The notes: generated by a model not told the origin, from the letters alone. A stretch of DNA of 25,413 nucleotides from Acutalibacteraceae bacterium (GCA_051881675.1 JBJEQI010000270.1:1-25413), one strand, 5' to 3'. Positions 1 to 8,336 are shown, counted from the first letter of the stretch. Translations and numbers: made by a program.

Positions 1-39
1 ACTCCTTCTGTTTTTAAAATGCAATAGTTTTTTAAAAAA

Positions 40-957
40 TTACCGCTTTTTCTTTTTTCCTTGCGAGTTATTTTCTACCATAGCGGTCTTTTCGTCGTAT
101 TCCGCGATAATATCCCGTGCGCGTTTTCTATGGCCGGGGTGGGTGCCCTTCGACACGAGCGTAACATCTTTGACATTATACGAAGCGGGGGCGGAATCGC
201 TGTTCCCGTTGATATGCACCTTGACCTTGCCCGCGATCAGTCTGACGTCGGTTACAACGCCTCTGCCGTCGGGCGTGTCAACGACCGCGCCCTGACCCGG
301 CGTTTCGCGCAGCAGCTTTTCATAGGTATCATGCTCATATTTCAGGCAGCACATCAGCCTGCCGCAGGAGCCGGAGATCTTAGTCGGATTGGGGCTGAGG
401 CCCTGCTCTTTCGCCATTTTGATCGACACGGGCTGGAAATCGTCCAAAAACCGCGCGCAGCAAAACGGCTGACCGCAGATGCCGACGCCGTCGAGCATCT
501 TTGCCTCATCGCGCACGCCGATCTGGCGCAGCTCGATGCGGGTATGAAACTCGGAAGCAAGCGCTTTTACCAGCTCGCGGAAATCAACTCTGCCGTCGGC
601 GGTGAAGAAAAAGACGATCTTGCTGCCGTCGAATGAGTATTCCACGCCCGTCAGCTTCATATCCAGCTTAAAATCCGCAATCTTTTTGGTGCAGATGCTG
701 TACGCCCGCTTTTCCTTTTTCAGATTGTCCTCATAGCGCGACTCATCCTGCGCGGTGGCTTTGCGGACAATGCTTTTCAGCGGTTTAACGATCTTATCGT
801 CCTCGAGCATCTTATTCGCCATCGAAACTCGGGCACACTCAATGCCGCGCGCCGTTTCGACGATGACCGCGTCACCGACGGAAAACCGCTCGTTTTTCGG
901 CGAAAAATAATAGATTTTTCCTGTATCTCGAAATCGTATGCCGATAATTTCGGTCAT
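40..957 (-). CDS. yaaT: PSP1-domain protein, stage 0 sporulation family YaaT/RicT
   Basis: N-terminal 'IGIRFRDTGKIYYF', 'YSFDGSKIVFFFTADGRVDFRELVK', 'RIELRQIGVRDEAK', Cys motifs GICGQPFCC and GSCGRLMCCLKYE; lies downstream of holB as in Firmicutes. Confidence 0.95.
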   Translation of the reverse strand: MTEIIGIRFRDTGKIYYFSPKNERFSVGDAVIVETARGIECARVSMANKMLEDDKIVKPLKSIVRKATAQDESRYEDNLKKEKRAYSICTKKIADFKLDMKLTGVEYSFDGSKIVFFFTADGRVDFRELVKALASEFHTRIELRQIGVRDEAKMLDGVGICGQPFCCARFLDDFQPVSIKMAKEQGLSPNPTKISGSCGRLMCCLKYEHDTYEKLLRETPGQGAVVDTPDGRGVVTDVRLIAGKVKVHINGNSDSAPASYNVKDVTLVSKGTHPGHRKRARDIIAEYDEKTAMVENNSQGKKKKR

Positions 958-1049
958 GCTGTTTTACCTAAAACGCGCTTTCCACGCGCTTCCTTTCTTT
1001 GTTTTGATTAAAATCACCGCACGGCGATGTCAACATTCGCGCCGACATG

Positions 1050-1101
1050 ATCGCCGAAGAGATCGCGATACTATCGCCGAAGTGATCGCGATATTATCGC
1101 C
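1050..1101. repeat. 23-bp tandem repeat (ATCGCCGAAGwG-ATCGCGATAyT) x2 plus a partial unit
   Basis: Read directly: ATCGCCGAAGAG ATCGCGATACT ATCGCCGAAGTG ATCGCGATATT ATCGCC; begins at the holB stop codon. Confidence 0.85.
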
Positions 1102-1960
1102 CTGCCGCCGCTTTCAGGCTCGCGCACAGGCGAGTGACGTTCAGCTGCGCGTTGGCGTTCGCCGCCGCGGCGTCGCCGATGCTGTCCGCCGCCTCGCACA
1201 TTGCAAGCGCGGTTTTCAGCGTGATCGCGCCGAGCAGCTCGGGAGAAACGGGGGGAATCGGCACGGTATCATTCAACTGTGCGCCGCTTTTCAGGCAGTA
1301 GGCTTTGCGAAAAATGCTTTTCAGCGCGCTCAGCGTATCGTTCAGCAAAGCGCGGTCCTTTGTCAGCGGCAACGTCATGCGGATTAGCTCGTATTCGGAC
1401 CGATTGAACACGCAGTCGATCATTTCCGCCGCCAGCTCGTTCGCCGCCTGCGAAATACTGCTTTTCGCCGCGCCGCAAACGATCACGCTGACCCGCGAGA
1501 TGACGGTATCCAGCAGCATTTCCTTGCGGTTGCAGCAGATAATGAACATCACGCTCTCCGGCGGCTCCTCTATGATCTTCAGCAGCGCGTTCTGCGATAC
1601 AACGCTGATATTGTCCGCATTGGTAAAGATATAGACTTTCCTTCGCGCCTCGTTCGGCTTGATATATGCCTCCCTGCGGATTTCGCGCACAAAATCGACG
1701 GGGTACGGGTTATTCGGCTTTTGCGGCTCGAGATAAATAATGTCGGGGTGATTTTTGGTCTGTGCTTTCAGGCAGGGGCCGCACTTCCCGCAGGGAATCG
1801 GCTCCTCTCCCGCTTCCGCCTCCGCGCAAACCGCCGCCGCGGCAAGATATTCCGCATTTTCGGCGGCATATTCCCCCTCGAGCAAAACGGCGTGAGGGAT
1901 ATTTTTATTCTCGATAAGCGCGGTCAGCGCCGAACTGATATGTTCGTTTCCCGCCATCAC
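1094..1960 (-). CDS. holB: DNA polymerase III delta' subunit
   Basis: Zn motif C...PCGKCGPC, NHPD, 'EARRKVYIF', 'SQNALLKIIEEPP', 'TVISR'; darA-holB-yaaT synteny. Confidence 0.9.
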   Translation of the reverse strand: MMAGNEHISSALTALIENKNIPHAVLLEGEYAAENAEYLAAAAVCAEAEAGEEPIPCGKCGPCLKAQTKNHPDIIYLEPQKPNNPYPVDFVREIRREAYIKPNEARRKVYIFTNADNISVVSQNALLKIIEEPPESVMFIICCNRKEMLLDTVISRVSVIVCGAAKSSISQAANELAAEMIDCVFNRSEYELIRMTLPLTKDRALLNDTLSALKSIFRKAYCLKSGAQLNDTVPIPPVSPELLGAITLKTALAMCEAADSIGDAAAANANAQLNVTRLCASLKAAAGR

Positions 1961-2262
1961 ATTTTTTCAAAACGGTCGACATCGAGCACAAAAACCGTGG
2001 CTCCGCCCACCGTCACCTGACCGTGTTCCGCGCCGCTGCCTGCGCCGCCCATCAGCTGCATACGCCTGCTGGAATGAAGCTTGATCAGCTCGAGTACGCC
2101 GTCCACCCTGTCCTCGTCCACGCCGAGCAGGAAAGTGGTGTTCTCCAGATTCAAAAATCCGCCAGCACTCGCCATTTTTGTGGCGGGATAGCCGTTTTGC
2201 AGCAGCGCATTCCCCACAGCGAAAGCGTCGTCATCGTTGACGATGGCAATAATCAGTTTCAT
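1957..2262 (-). CDS. darA: Cyclic-di-AMP receptor, PII-like DarA/PstA/YaaQ family
   Basis: 'MKLIIAIVNDDDA', 'ASAGGFL...NTTFLLGV', 'VTVGGATVFVLDV'. Start placed at ATG 2262 because GGAGG lies upstream; the 160-aa ORF-track call is over-extended. Confidence 0.9.
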   Translation of the reverse strand: MKLIIAIVNDDDAFAVGNALLQNGYPATKMASAGGFLNLENTTFLLGVDEDRVDGVLELIKLHSSRRMQLMGGAGSGAEHGQVTVGGATVFVLDVDRFEKM

Positions 2263-2389
2263 ACAAATAAACCTCCCGTCAAGGCGTCGGATACACATTC
2301 GGGCTAAAAAGATCTGCCCGTTCGGCGGCAAACCGCCGCGCGCAATCATTTTACACGGAACAAACCCGCTTATATGCTTATACATTTTA

Positions 2390-2418
2390 ATTATACCTTG
2401 TTTTCGGCGATTAGTCAA
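2390..2418 (-). promoter_or_regulatory. Sigma-A promoter for darA-holB-yaaT
   Basis: TTGACT-N17-TATAAT on the minus strand. Confidence 0.8.
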
Positions 2419-2450
2419 CCAAACGGGCGCGGAATTCACAACATTTTCAT

Positions 2451-2500
2451 AAAAAATAACCCCGCCCGCGGGAAAATTCGCCGCCGACCGAGGTTATTTT
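2451..2500 (-). terminator. Probable intrinsic terminator after the dockerin gene
   Basis: Minus strand AAATAACCTC...GGGGTTATTT stem followed by a T-tract. Confidence 0.6.
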
Positions 2501-2571
2501 GCTGAATATTTTCAATTTTTTACAATACGGGAAAAATTCGCATTCATCTCGCCGCGGCGGGCAAACGCCGT

Positions 2572-4128
2572 TTATGACGCTTTTCCGAATTCAACGTCCA
2601 TACCTGCCAGATGCTGCCTGATCAGCAGAACGTCTGAAATATTCACGCTTCCATCGCCGTTGGCGTCGGCGTTTCGCATATCAATATCAGTGCCTGCACC
2701 CGCAAGATGACCTCTGAGCGCCAAAACATCCTCGATATTGATCTTGCCGTCGACATTCACATCTCCGTAATCGGGCGAATGGACAACTATCTCCAGCGGC
2801 AGATTCTGAATGAGCGCAGGCGTGACATTCGCGCACTGTTTATCATAGACCAAGCTGTCGCCGACGATCGCCAGGCCGTAAAGGCACTCGTTATTTTGCA
2901 GCTCGGGCTTCGCCACCTCGGTCACCGCGCCTGTTTTGATATCGTACTGCTTGACAGAATCGACGGTAGTAAACCAAATCGTATCCTTATACGCGGCAAG
3001 GCGCGCATATCTTGCGCTGTCCCAGACGGTGTAGCTGTTGCCCTGATAGTTCCACTTGCCGTCCGGATTGCTCAAAATCACACTGCTCTCGCCCGTCGCT
3101 TCGTTCTGCCAGACGAGATTACCGTCTTCGAAATAATAGAAACTACCGTTTCTCGCATAGATCTGCGTCGGAGTTGATCCTTTGAAATCCAGCTCGTCGT
3201 ATCTATCCGAATCCGCCGAAACCGCCGACACCCAGCCGTGGTGCGCGCGATTCTCAGCACATTCATCCGACATCAGAAAAAACGTATGCGAAACATAGCC
3301 GTTGACATTATAATGCACCGAATCCGCTTGACCTACCCGCGAATCGTCCCAAGTCACATCGACATGATAATACTTGCCGTCGAGGCGAACCATGTTCCAA
3401 ACGTGATTCATCTCGTCGCTTTCGGCAAAGCTTGAGTGGATGCCGCAGCGGTCAAGCAGCGCAATATACGCAAGCGTGTATCCCTGGCAGACGGCGGCGC
3501 GGTTGACCAGCGCGCCGTAAGCAGTATAAGATGCATCGGGAACGGCAGTTCCGTTGTATAAATTACTGTCGTATTCGCAGTTCAGCGCAAGCATATCGTG
3601 CAGGGTCAGCGCCTTGGCAAAATCGGTCATGCTGTCGTCGACACTGCTGAGCATATTGTCCAAAGCGGCTTCATACTCCTTGATCATCGGCTCGCGAACG
3701 TCAGGGGCGACGGTATAGATCGGGTAGATTTCCGCGATATATGCTTTGTCCTCCGAAAGGCCGATATAAAAGGGCCGATCGAGATAAAAGCAATCGGGAT
3801 TGGCGAAAAGCGCGCTGCTGTAAACGCCGGATATATCGCCTGCGGGAATGTTGAATCTTGACACGTCGATCACGTCGGCGTTATTGCGCCAGCCGTTGCC
3901 GATCACGCGGCAGACCTCGTCGAGATCGTATCCGCTTTGAGCAGCAGGCGCATCATACAGCTCCACGGTAACAGCGACCGCGTCTGACGGAATCGCCGAT
4001 GACGGGACTGTCGGCGCCGACACTGTCGCAGCCGATACGGGGCAAAGCATGACCGACAATGCGATCACCGCGCCCACCGACATGCCGAGCAATCTTTTCA
4101 ATGATCTGACAATTGTTGTTTTCCTCAT
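2572..4128 (-). CDS. Secreted transglutaminase-like (Cys-His-Asp) protein with C-terminal type I dockerin
   Basis: Signal peptide ending 'PVSAA'; triad motifs AVCQGY, HVWN, YYHVDVTWD; two Ca-binding dockerin repeats YGDVNVDGKINIEDVLALRGHL and NADANGDGSVNISDVLLIRQHL (about 2600-2769). Start ATG 4128 chosen from the GAGG SD. Confidence 0.88.
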   Translation of the reverse strand: MRKTTIVRSLKRLLGMSVGAVIALSVMLCPVSAATVSAPTVPSSAIPSDAVAVTVELYDAPAAQSGYDLDEVCRVIGNGWRNNADVIDVSRFNIPAGDISGVYSSALFANPDCFYLDRPFYIGLSEDKAYIAEIYPIYTVAPDVREPMIKEYEAALDNMLSSVDDSMTDFAKALTLHDMLALNCEYDSNLYNGTAVPDASYTAYGALVNRAAVCQGYTLAYIALLDRCGIHSSFAESDEMNHVWNMVRLDGKYYHVDVTWDDSRVGQADSVHYNVNGYVSHTFFLMSDECAENRAHHGWVSAVSADSDRYDELDFKGSTPTQIYARNGSFYYFEDGNLVWQNEATGESSVILSNPDGKWNYQGNSYTVWDSARYARLAAYKDTIWFTTVDSVKQYDIKTGAVTEVAKPELQNNECLYGLAIVGDSLVYDKQCANVTPALIQNLPLEIVVHSPDYGDVNVDGKINIEDVLALRGHLAGAGTDIDMRNADANGDGSVNISDVLLIRQHLAGMDVEFGKAS

Positions 4129-4289
4129 AACGAAGCATCCTCTCTGTAAAATGATTGCCGTGCGGCGAATTTGCGCAGTCAGCGCGCGGCGCAACGCGGC
4201 GCTGTTTTACGCTGTTTATTCTCCGCATACCAAAACCGATAGTTCACGTCCGAAATCGGGGCGCAATATCGGTTAATTCTCTGATTCTG

Positions 4290-5183
4290 TTATCCTTTGC
4301 GGTGTTCTTCCGACTGCTGATCGCTTTGCAGCGAATTCGCGCAATCTGCGCCGCTCTTCGCCGCCGCACGCCTGCGGTAAACGATCGCCGCCGCTGCCGC
4401 AAGCGCAATGACCGCCGCTATAATCAACCAAAGATACCGCGCGCGGCTTCCGCCCGCACGGTTCGGCTCACCGCCCGCCGCACCGCCCTCGGGGGTGATC
4501 ACGTTGCCGTTTTTATCGGTCTGCGTTTCATAAGTTGAGCCGCCCTCGGAAGAGCTGCCCGATAAGCTATCGGACCCGCCGCCCGACGCATTCCCCTCAG
4601 CCGAGCCACTATCCGCACCCCCGGCGGCACTGCCGCTCGGTGCGGCACCGCCCGCAACGGTAACCGTTCCGCTCGAATAGGTGAAATCAACATACTTCGA
4701 GTCCACATTCATGGGTCTGCCGTCTGTTCTAAAAGCCGCGCCGTTCGCCTGCGTCGCGGTTTCGTCCACCGCGGCGACCGATACGGCATACTGCCCGCCC
4801 ACGGCGGTTTTGCTCACCCGAAAGGTCAGATCCATCAGCTTGCCTGTGTTGATATTGTCGGCGATCTTTGTATTGAAAACGCTGATGCGGACCTGCCCGC
4901 TCCTGTGCGTCAAAATAAACTCGCCCTCGCGGAAGACGTCGCCGTAGCTCACGCTGTCGAACGTCAGCACGGTCGGGTCATAATTCACCACCAGCGCCAT
5001 TCCGAAGATACCGGGGTTTTTATCCATATTCAGCGGCACGGTAACGCGCTCGCCTGCATTCGCTTGCGCACTGCCGACGGCGATCGCGCCGCCCTCGGCG
5101 GCAAACGCACCGACATGACAAAGCAGCGCCGCCAACACAGTCAGCATAAACGCCGCTATCCATGATCTTATCCGCTGTTTCAT
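4290..5183 (-). CDS. Single-cohesin protein with signal peptide, G/S-rich linker and C-terminal transmembrane anchor
   Basis: Cohesin-like beta-sandwich 'IAVGSAQANAGERVTVPLNM...GMALVVNYDPTVLTFDSV...TGKLMDLTFRV...GQYAV...SGTVTV' (about 4655-5090); C-terminal 'LWLIIAAVIALAAAAAIVYRRR'. Start ATG 5183 with GGAGA SD. Confidence 0.8.
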   Translation of the reverse strand: MKQRIRSWIAAFMLTVLAALLCHVGAFAAEGGAIAVGSAQANAGERVTVPLNMDKNPGIFGMALVVNYDPTVLTFDSVSYGDVFREGEFILTHRSGQVRISVFNTKIADNINTGKLMDLTFRVSKTAVGGQYAVSVAAVDETATQANGAAFRTDGRPMNVDSKYVDFTYSSGTVTVAGGAAPSGSAAGGADSGSAEGNASGGGSDSLSGSSSEGGSTYETQTDKNGNVITPEGGAAGGEPNRAGGSRARYLWLIIAAVIALAAAAAIVYRRRAAAKSGADCANSLQSDQQSEEHRKG

Positions 5184-5253
5184 GATTCGATCTCTCCTCA
5201 TGCGCCCGCGCGCCGAACGGTCGGCAAAACGGGCAGGGCGCCCTGACTCTGCG

Positions 5254-6543
5254 TTAAACGGCGCCCGCCTGATCGGCAGGCTCGTCGTCCACAGTGACCC
5301 TGCGGATATTCGCGCCGAGCGCCGTCAGCTTTTCCACATAATTTTCATAGCCGCGGTCGATAATATGAATATTCTCGATCTCGGTCGTTCCCTCAGCCAT
5401 CAGCCCCGCGATGATCATCGCCGCGCCCGCGCGCAAATCAACCGCTTTTACGGGTGCGCCGACGAGCCTGTCCACGCCCTCGATGACGGCGGTATGGCCG
5501 TTCACCTTGATCTTTGCGCCCATGGCGGTGAGATAATCGACATACTGAAAACGGTTGTCAAAAATCAGCTCGTTTACGATCGAAGTGCCCTCGGCGGCGG
5601 TCAGCAGAGTGGTGATCTGCGGCTGCATATCGGTCGGAAAGCCGGGGTGCGGCATCGTTCTCACACTGCATCCGCGCAGCGCGCCGTTTGATATGACGCG
5701 AATCGAATCGTCCGACTCGATGATAGTAACGCCCGCTTCCTCCAGCTTGGTGCTGATCGCCTCCATATGCTTGGGGATGACGTTTTTCACCAGCACATCG
5801 CCGTGCGTTGCGGCGGCGGCTGCCATATAGGTTCCCGCCTCGATCTGATCGGGAATGATGGAATAATTGGTGCCGTGCAGGCTCTTTACGCCGTAAATTT
5901 TGATAACATCGGTGCCCGCGCCGCGAATATCCGCGCCCATCGAATTGAGGAAATTCGCCAGATCGACAATATGCGGCTCTTTGGCGGCGTTGTCGATCAC
6001 GGTCATTCCCTCTGCCTTGACAGCGGCGAGAATAATGTTGATCGTTGCGCCGACCGAAACATTATCCATATAAATAGACGCGCCGATCAGCCGATCGGCT
6101 TTGATGTCGACCATGCCGCCCGTCATCTCAACGTCCGCGCCGAGCAGGCGAAAGCCCTTGGTATGCAGGTCGATCGGGCGCACGCCGAAATTGCAGCCGC
6201 CGGGAGGGGCGACCTGCGCCTTGCTGAATCTGCCGAGCATAGCGCCCATAAAATAGCACGAACCGCGGCTGAGCTTGGTCAGCGAATAAGGCACGACATG
6301 AGTGCGAATGCCGCGGGTGTTGATCACGACAGTGGATTTATTGAGAAATTTAATATCCGCGCCTGTTTCGTGAAGAATACTGATGATGGAATGAACGTCG
6401 GCGATGTCGGGTACGTTTTCGATCCTGCAATCTCCCTCGGAGAGAACGGTTGCCGTGATAATGGCAAGCGCGGCGTTTTTCGCCCCGCTGATCGTCACTT
6501 CACCTTTCAGCGGAGAAGCTCCGTTGATCACGAGTTTTTCCAA
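5254..6543 (-). CDS. murA: UDP-N-acetylglucosamine 1-carboxyvinyltransferase
   Basis: 'ISGAKNAAL', catalytic Cys loop 'PGGCNFGVRPIDLH', 'PHPGFPTDMQ', 'DLRAGAAM'; TTG start with GAGGAG SD. Confidence 0.97.
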   Translation of the reverse strand: MEKLVINGASPLKGEVTISGAKNAALAIITATVLSEGDCRIENVPDIADVHSIISILHETGADIKFLNKSTVVINTRGIRTHVVPYSLTKLSRGSCYFMGAMLGRFSKAQVAPPGGCNFGVRPIDLHTKGFRLLGADVEMTGGMVDIKADRLIGASIYMDNVSVGATINIILAAVKAEGMTVIDNAAKEPHIVDLANFLNSMGADIRGAGTDVIKIYGVKSLHGTNYSIIPDQIEAGTYMAAAAATHGDVLVKNVIPKHMEAISTKLEEAGVTIIESDDSIRVISNGALRGCSVRTMPHPGFPTDMQPQITTLLTAAEGTSIVNELIFDNRFQYVDYLTAMGAKIKVNGHTAVIEGVDRLVGAPVKAVDLRAGAAMIIAGLMAEGTTEIENIHIIDRGYENYVEKLTALGANIRRVTVDDEPADQAGAV

Positions 6544-6702
6544 ATTCTACACTCCTCTTAAATTCCGCCGCCCGAAACGGTCGGTCCGACGAAAAATACA
6601 GTTAATATAAAGCGCCGTGCGAAAACGAAATGCCGCGACAAAACGCGCTTTTCGCCTTTCGGGCGCACCGAAATAAAGCCCCCTAATAACTGCTTTGCAG
6701 TT

Positions 6703-6731
6703 ATTATAGCACAACTCAAAGAAAATATCTA
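6703..6731 (-). promoter_or_regulatory. Sigma-A promoter for murA (extended -10)
   Basis: TAGATA-N17-TATAAT with TG at -15/-14. Confidence 0.6.
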
Positions 6732-6795
6732 CTGCTAAATTGAATTTTTTTATAATTTATAAAGGGCGCGCCGTCAAGCGCCCGCATGAATTTTG

Positions 6796-6824
6796 TTGAC
6801 ATACCAAGCGGATTTTGATATTAT
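6796..6824 (+). promoter_or_regulatory. Sigma-A promoter for degV
   Basis: TTGACA-N17-TATTAT. Confidence 0.8.
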
Positions 6825-6921
6825 AGTAGTATAAGTAAAAACGCTCGTTCCCGCCGACCGCGTCCGCAACAGCGGCAAAGGAGCCGGAGGGCGGCAATAT
6901 CACCGACGGAGGGTACGCCAA

Positions 6922-7794
6922 ATGGGAAATTATGTGATTCTGACCGATTCGACCGCAGATCTGCCTTATGATCTGATTCGCAGGCTCGGCGTGCGCGTCG
7001 AACCGCTGACCTACATCATCGACGGCGAGGAGCAGTTTGATGAGCCCACGGAGAGCGCCGAGCGCATCCGCAGCTTTTACGCCGAGCTTCGCGCGGGCAA
7101 ATCCTCCTCCACCTCGCAGATCAACGAAAGCCGCTTTGACGAGATCTTCCGCCAAATTCTCAGCGAGGGCAGGGACGTTTTGTATATCGCGTTTTCCGGC
7201 GCGCTGTCCGCCACCTGTTCGCGCGCGGTTACCGCGGCAAAGGGGCTGGAGGGTGAATTCCCCGAGCGCCGCGTCGTCGTGGTCGATTCCAAATGCGCGT
7301 CCCTCGGCGAGGGATTGCTGGTTTATTACGCCGCGCAGATGAAGAACAAGGGCGCTTCGATCGACGAGGTCGCGGATTGGCTCGAGCAAAATAAGCTTCA
7401 CCTCTGCCACTGGTTCACGGTCGACGATCTGCACCACTTAAAGCGCGGCGGGCGCGTTTCCGCGGCGGCGGCGGTGATCGGCTCCGTTCTCGGAATCAAG
7501 CCGATCTTACACGTCGATGACGAGGGCAGGCTGATTTTGGTATCGAAGACCCGCGGGCGGCGCCAGTCGCTCGACGCGCTGGTTGACCGCGCGGAGCAGA
7601 CCGCTGTGAATCCCGCCGAGCAAACGGTATTTATCAGCCACGGCGACTGCATCGACGACGCCGAATATGTCGCCGAACAGCTGAAACGCCGTCTGAAGGT
7701 GAAAGAAACGGTCGTCAACTATATCGGTCCGGTCATCGGTTCTCACTCGGGGCCCGGCACCGTCGCGGTCTTCTTTATGGGAACGCAGAGATAA
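6922..7794 (+). CDS. degV: DegV family fatty-acid-binding protein (FakB-like)
   Basis: 'ILTDSTADLP', 'STSQIN', 'FSGALSAT', 'VDSKCASLGEG', 'LHHLKRGGRVS', 'IGSHSGPG'. Confidence 0.95.
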   Translation: MGNYVILTDSTADLPYDLIRRLGVRVEPLTYIIDGEEQFDEPTESAERIRSFYAELRAGKSSSTSQINESRFDEIFRQILSEGRDVLYIAFSGALSATCSRAVTAAKGLEGEFPERRVVVVDSKCASLGEGLLVYYAAQMKNKGASIDEVADWLEQNKLHLCHWFTVDDLHHLKRGGRVSAAAAVIGSVLGIKPILHVDDEGRLILVSKTRGRRQSLDALVDRAEQTAVNPAEQTVFISHGDCIDDAEYVAEQLKRRLKVKETVVNYIGPVIGSHSGPGTVAVFFMGTQR

Positions 7795-7814
7795 TTCCTT
7801 ATTTTGCAAAGAAT

Positions 7815-7867
7815 AAGCGGCGGCACTCCTTGAGATACTATGGGGTGAAGGAGGAAGCCGCTTTTTT
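7815..7867 (+). terminator. Probable intrinsic terminator after degV
   Basis: AAGCGGC...GCCGCTT outer stem, CTCCTT/AAGGAG inner stem, followed by T-tract. Confidence 0.6.
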
Positions 7868-7934
7868 CGTCTTTTGATTTACCCCAAATCCAATTACCCG
7901 AGATTCAATTTACCCAAAAGCGGCAGTCAAGAGC

Positions 7935-8189
7935 ATGAACAAACGGAAAAAAGTATATCCCGAGTCCCGCGGCTTCGGCGGCGGGAACAAGCTCTTCAGC
8001 GATCGGTATGACGCGGAATCAGACGATATACCGTTCGACGAACCCTTCGGCGTTGCTTCAGCTACCGACTGTACCGGTCTTATGCCGTTTGCACCCGTAC
8101 AAACAGACGATATAACCTCATACCGCGATTTGTATGACGTTCCGCTGTCCCCTGTCGTTGCAGATGAGGCAGACCCGAAGAACAACTGA
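7935..8189 (+). CDS. Small acidic hypothetical protein (SATDCTGLMP motif)
   Basis: 84-aa ORF fills the gap between two hairpins; I recall similar 'SATxCTGLxP...SY..LY' motifs in clostridial hypothetical proteins (not verified); no strong SD. Confidence 0.6.
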   Translation: MNKRKKVYPESRGFGGGNKLFSDRYDAESDDIPFDEPFGVASATDCTGLMPFAPVQTDDITSYRDLYDVPLSPVVADEADPKNN

Positions 8190-8200
8190 CGCAGCGTCTA

Positions 8201-8250
8201 TTTGCGGCGGGTAAGCGGCTTTGCGCCGCCCCGCCCGCCGCAAAGCTTTT
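8201..8250 (+). terminator. GC-rich hairpin, probable terminator
   Basis: 11-bp stem TTTGCGGCGGG/CCCGCCGCAAA with inner GCGGC/GCCGC stem, followed by GCTTTT. Confidence 0.55.
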
Positions 8251-8336
8251 CGCTCGCTCGTTTGATACATAATTTCGCCAGCATTCCGCTGATCTTAGCG
8301 CTCGGCAGCGCTTATTTTAACAGGAGGCAAGGCGCC

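Noticed and set aside
2263-2385. About 120-nt darA leader with a CGGCGG-TTTG-CCGCCG hairpin and downstream T-run, considered as a c-di-AMP (ydaO) riboswitch or attenuator
   Set aside because: Lacks the ydaO conserved elements (GCUGAAUCC, GGGGGA) and is too short; the T-run is separated from the stem
4128-4194. Longest-ORF starts for the dockerin gene (4194), and likewise cohesin (5201), darA (2439) and yihY (8202)
   Set aside because: Downstream ATGs have proper SD spacing and give normal N-termini or signal peptides
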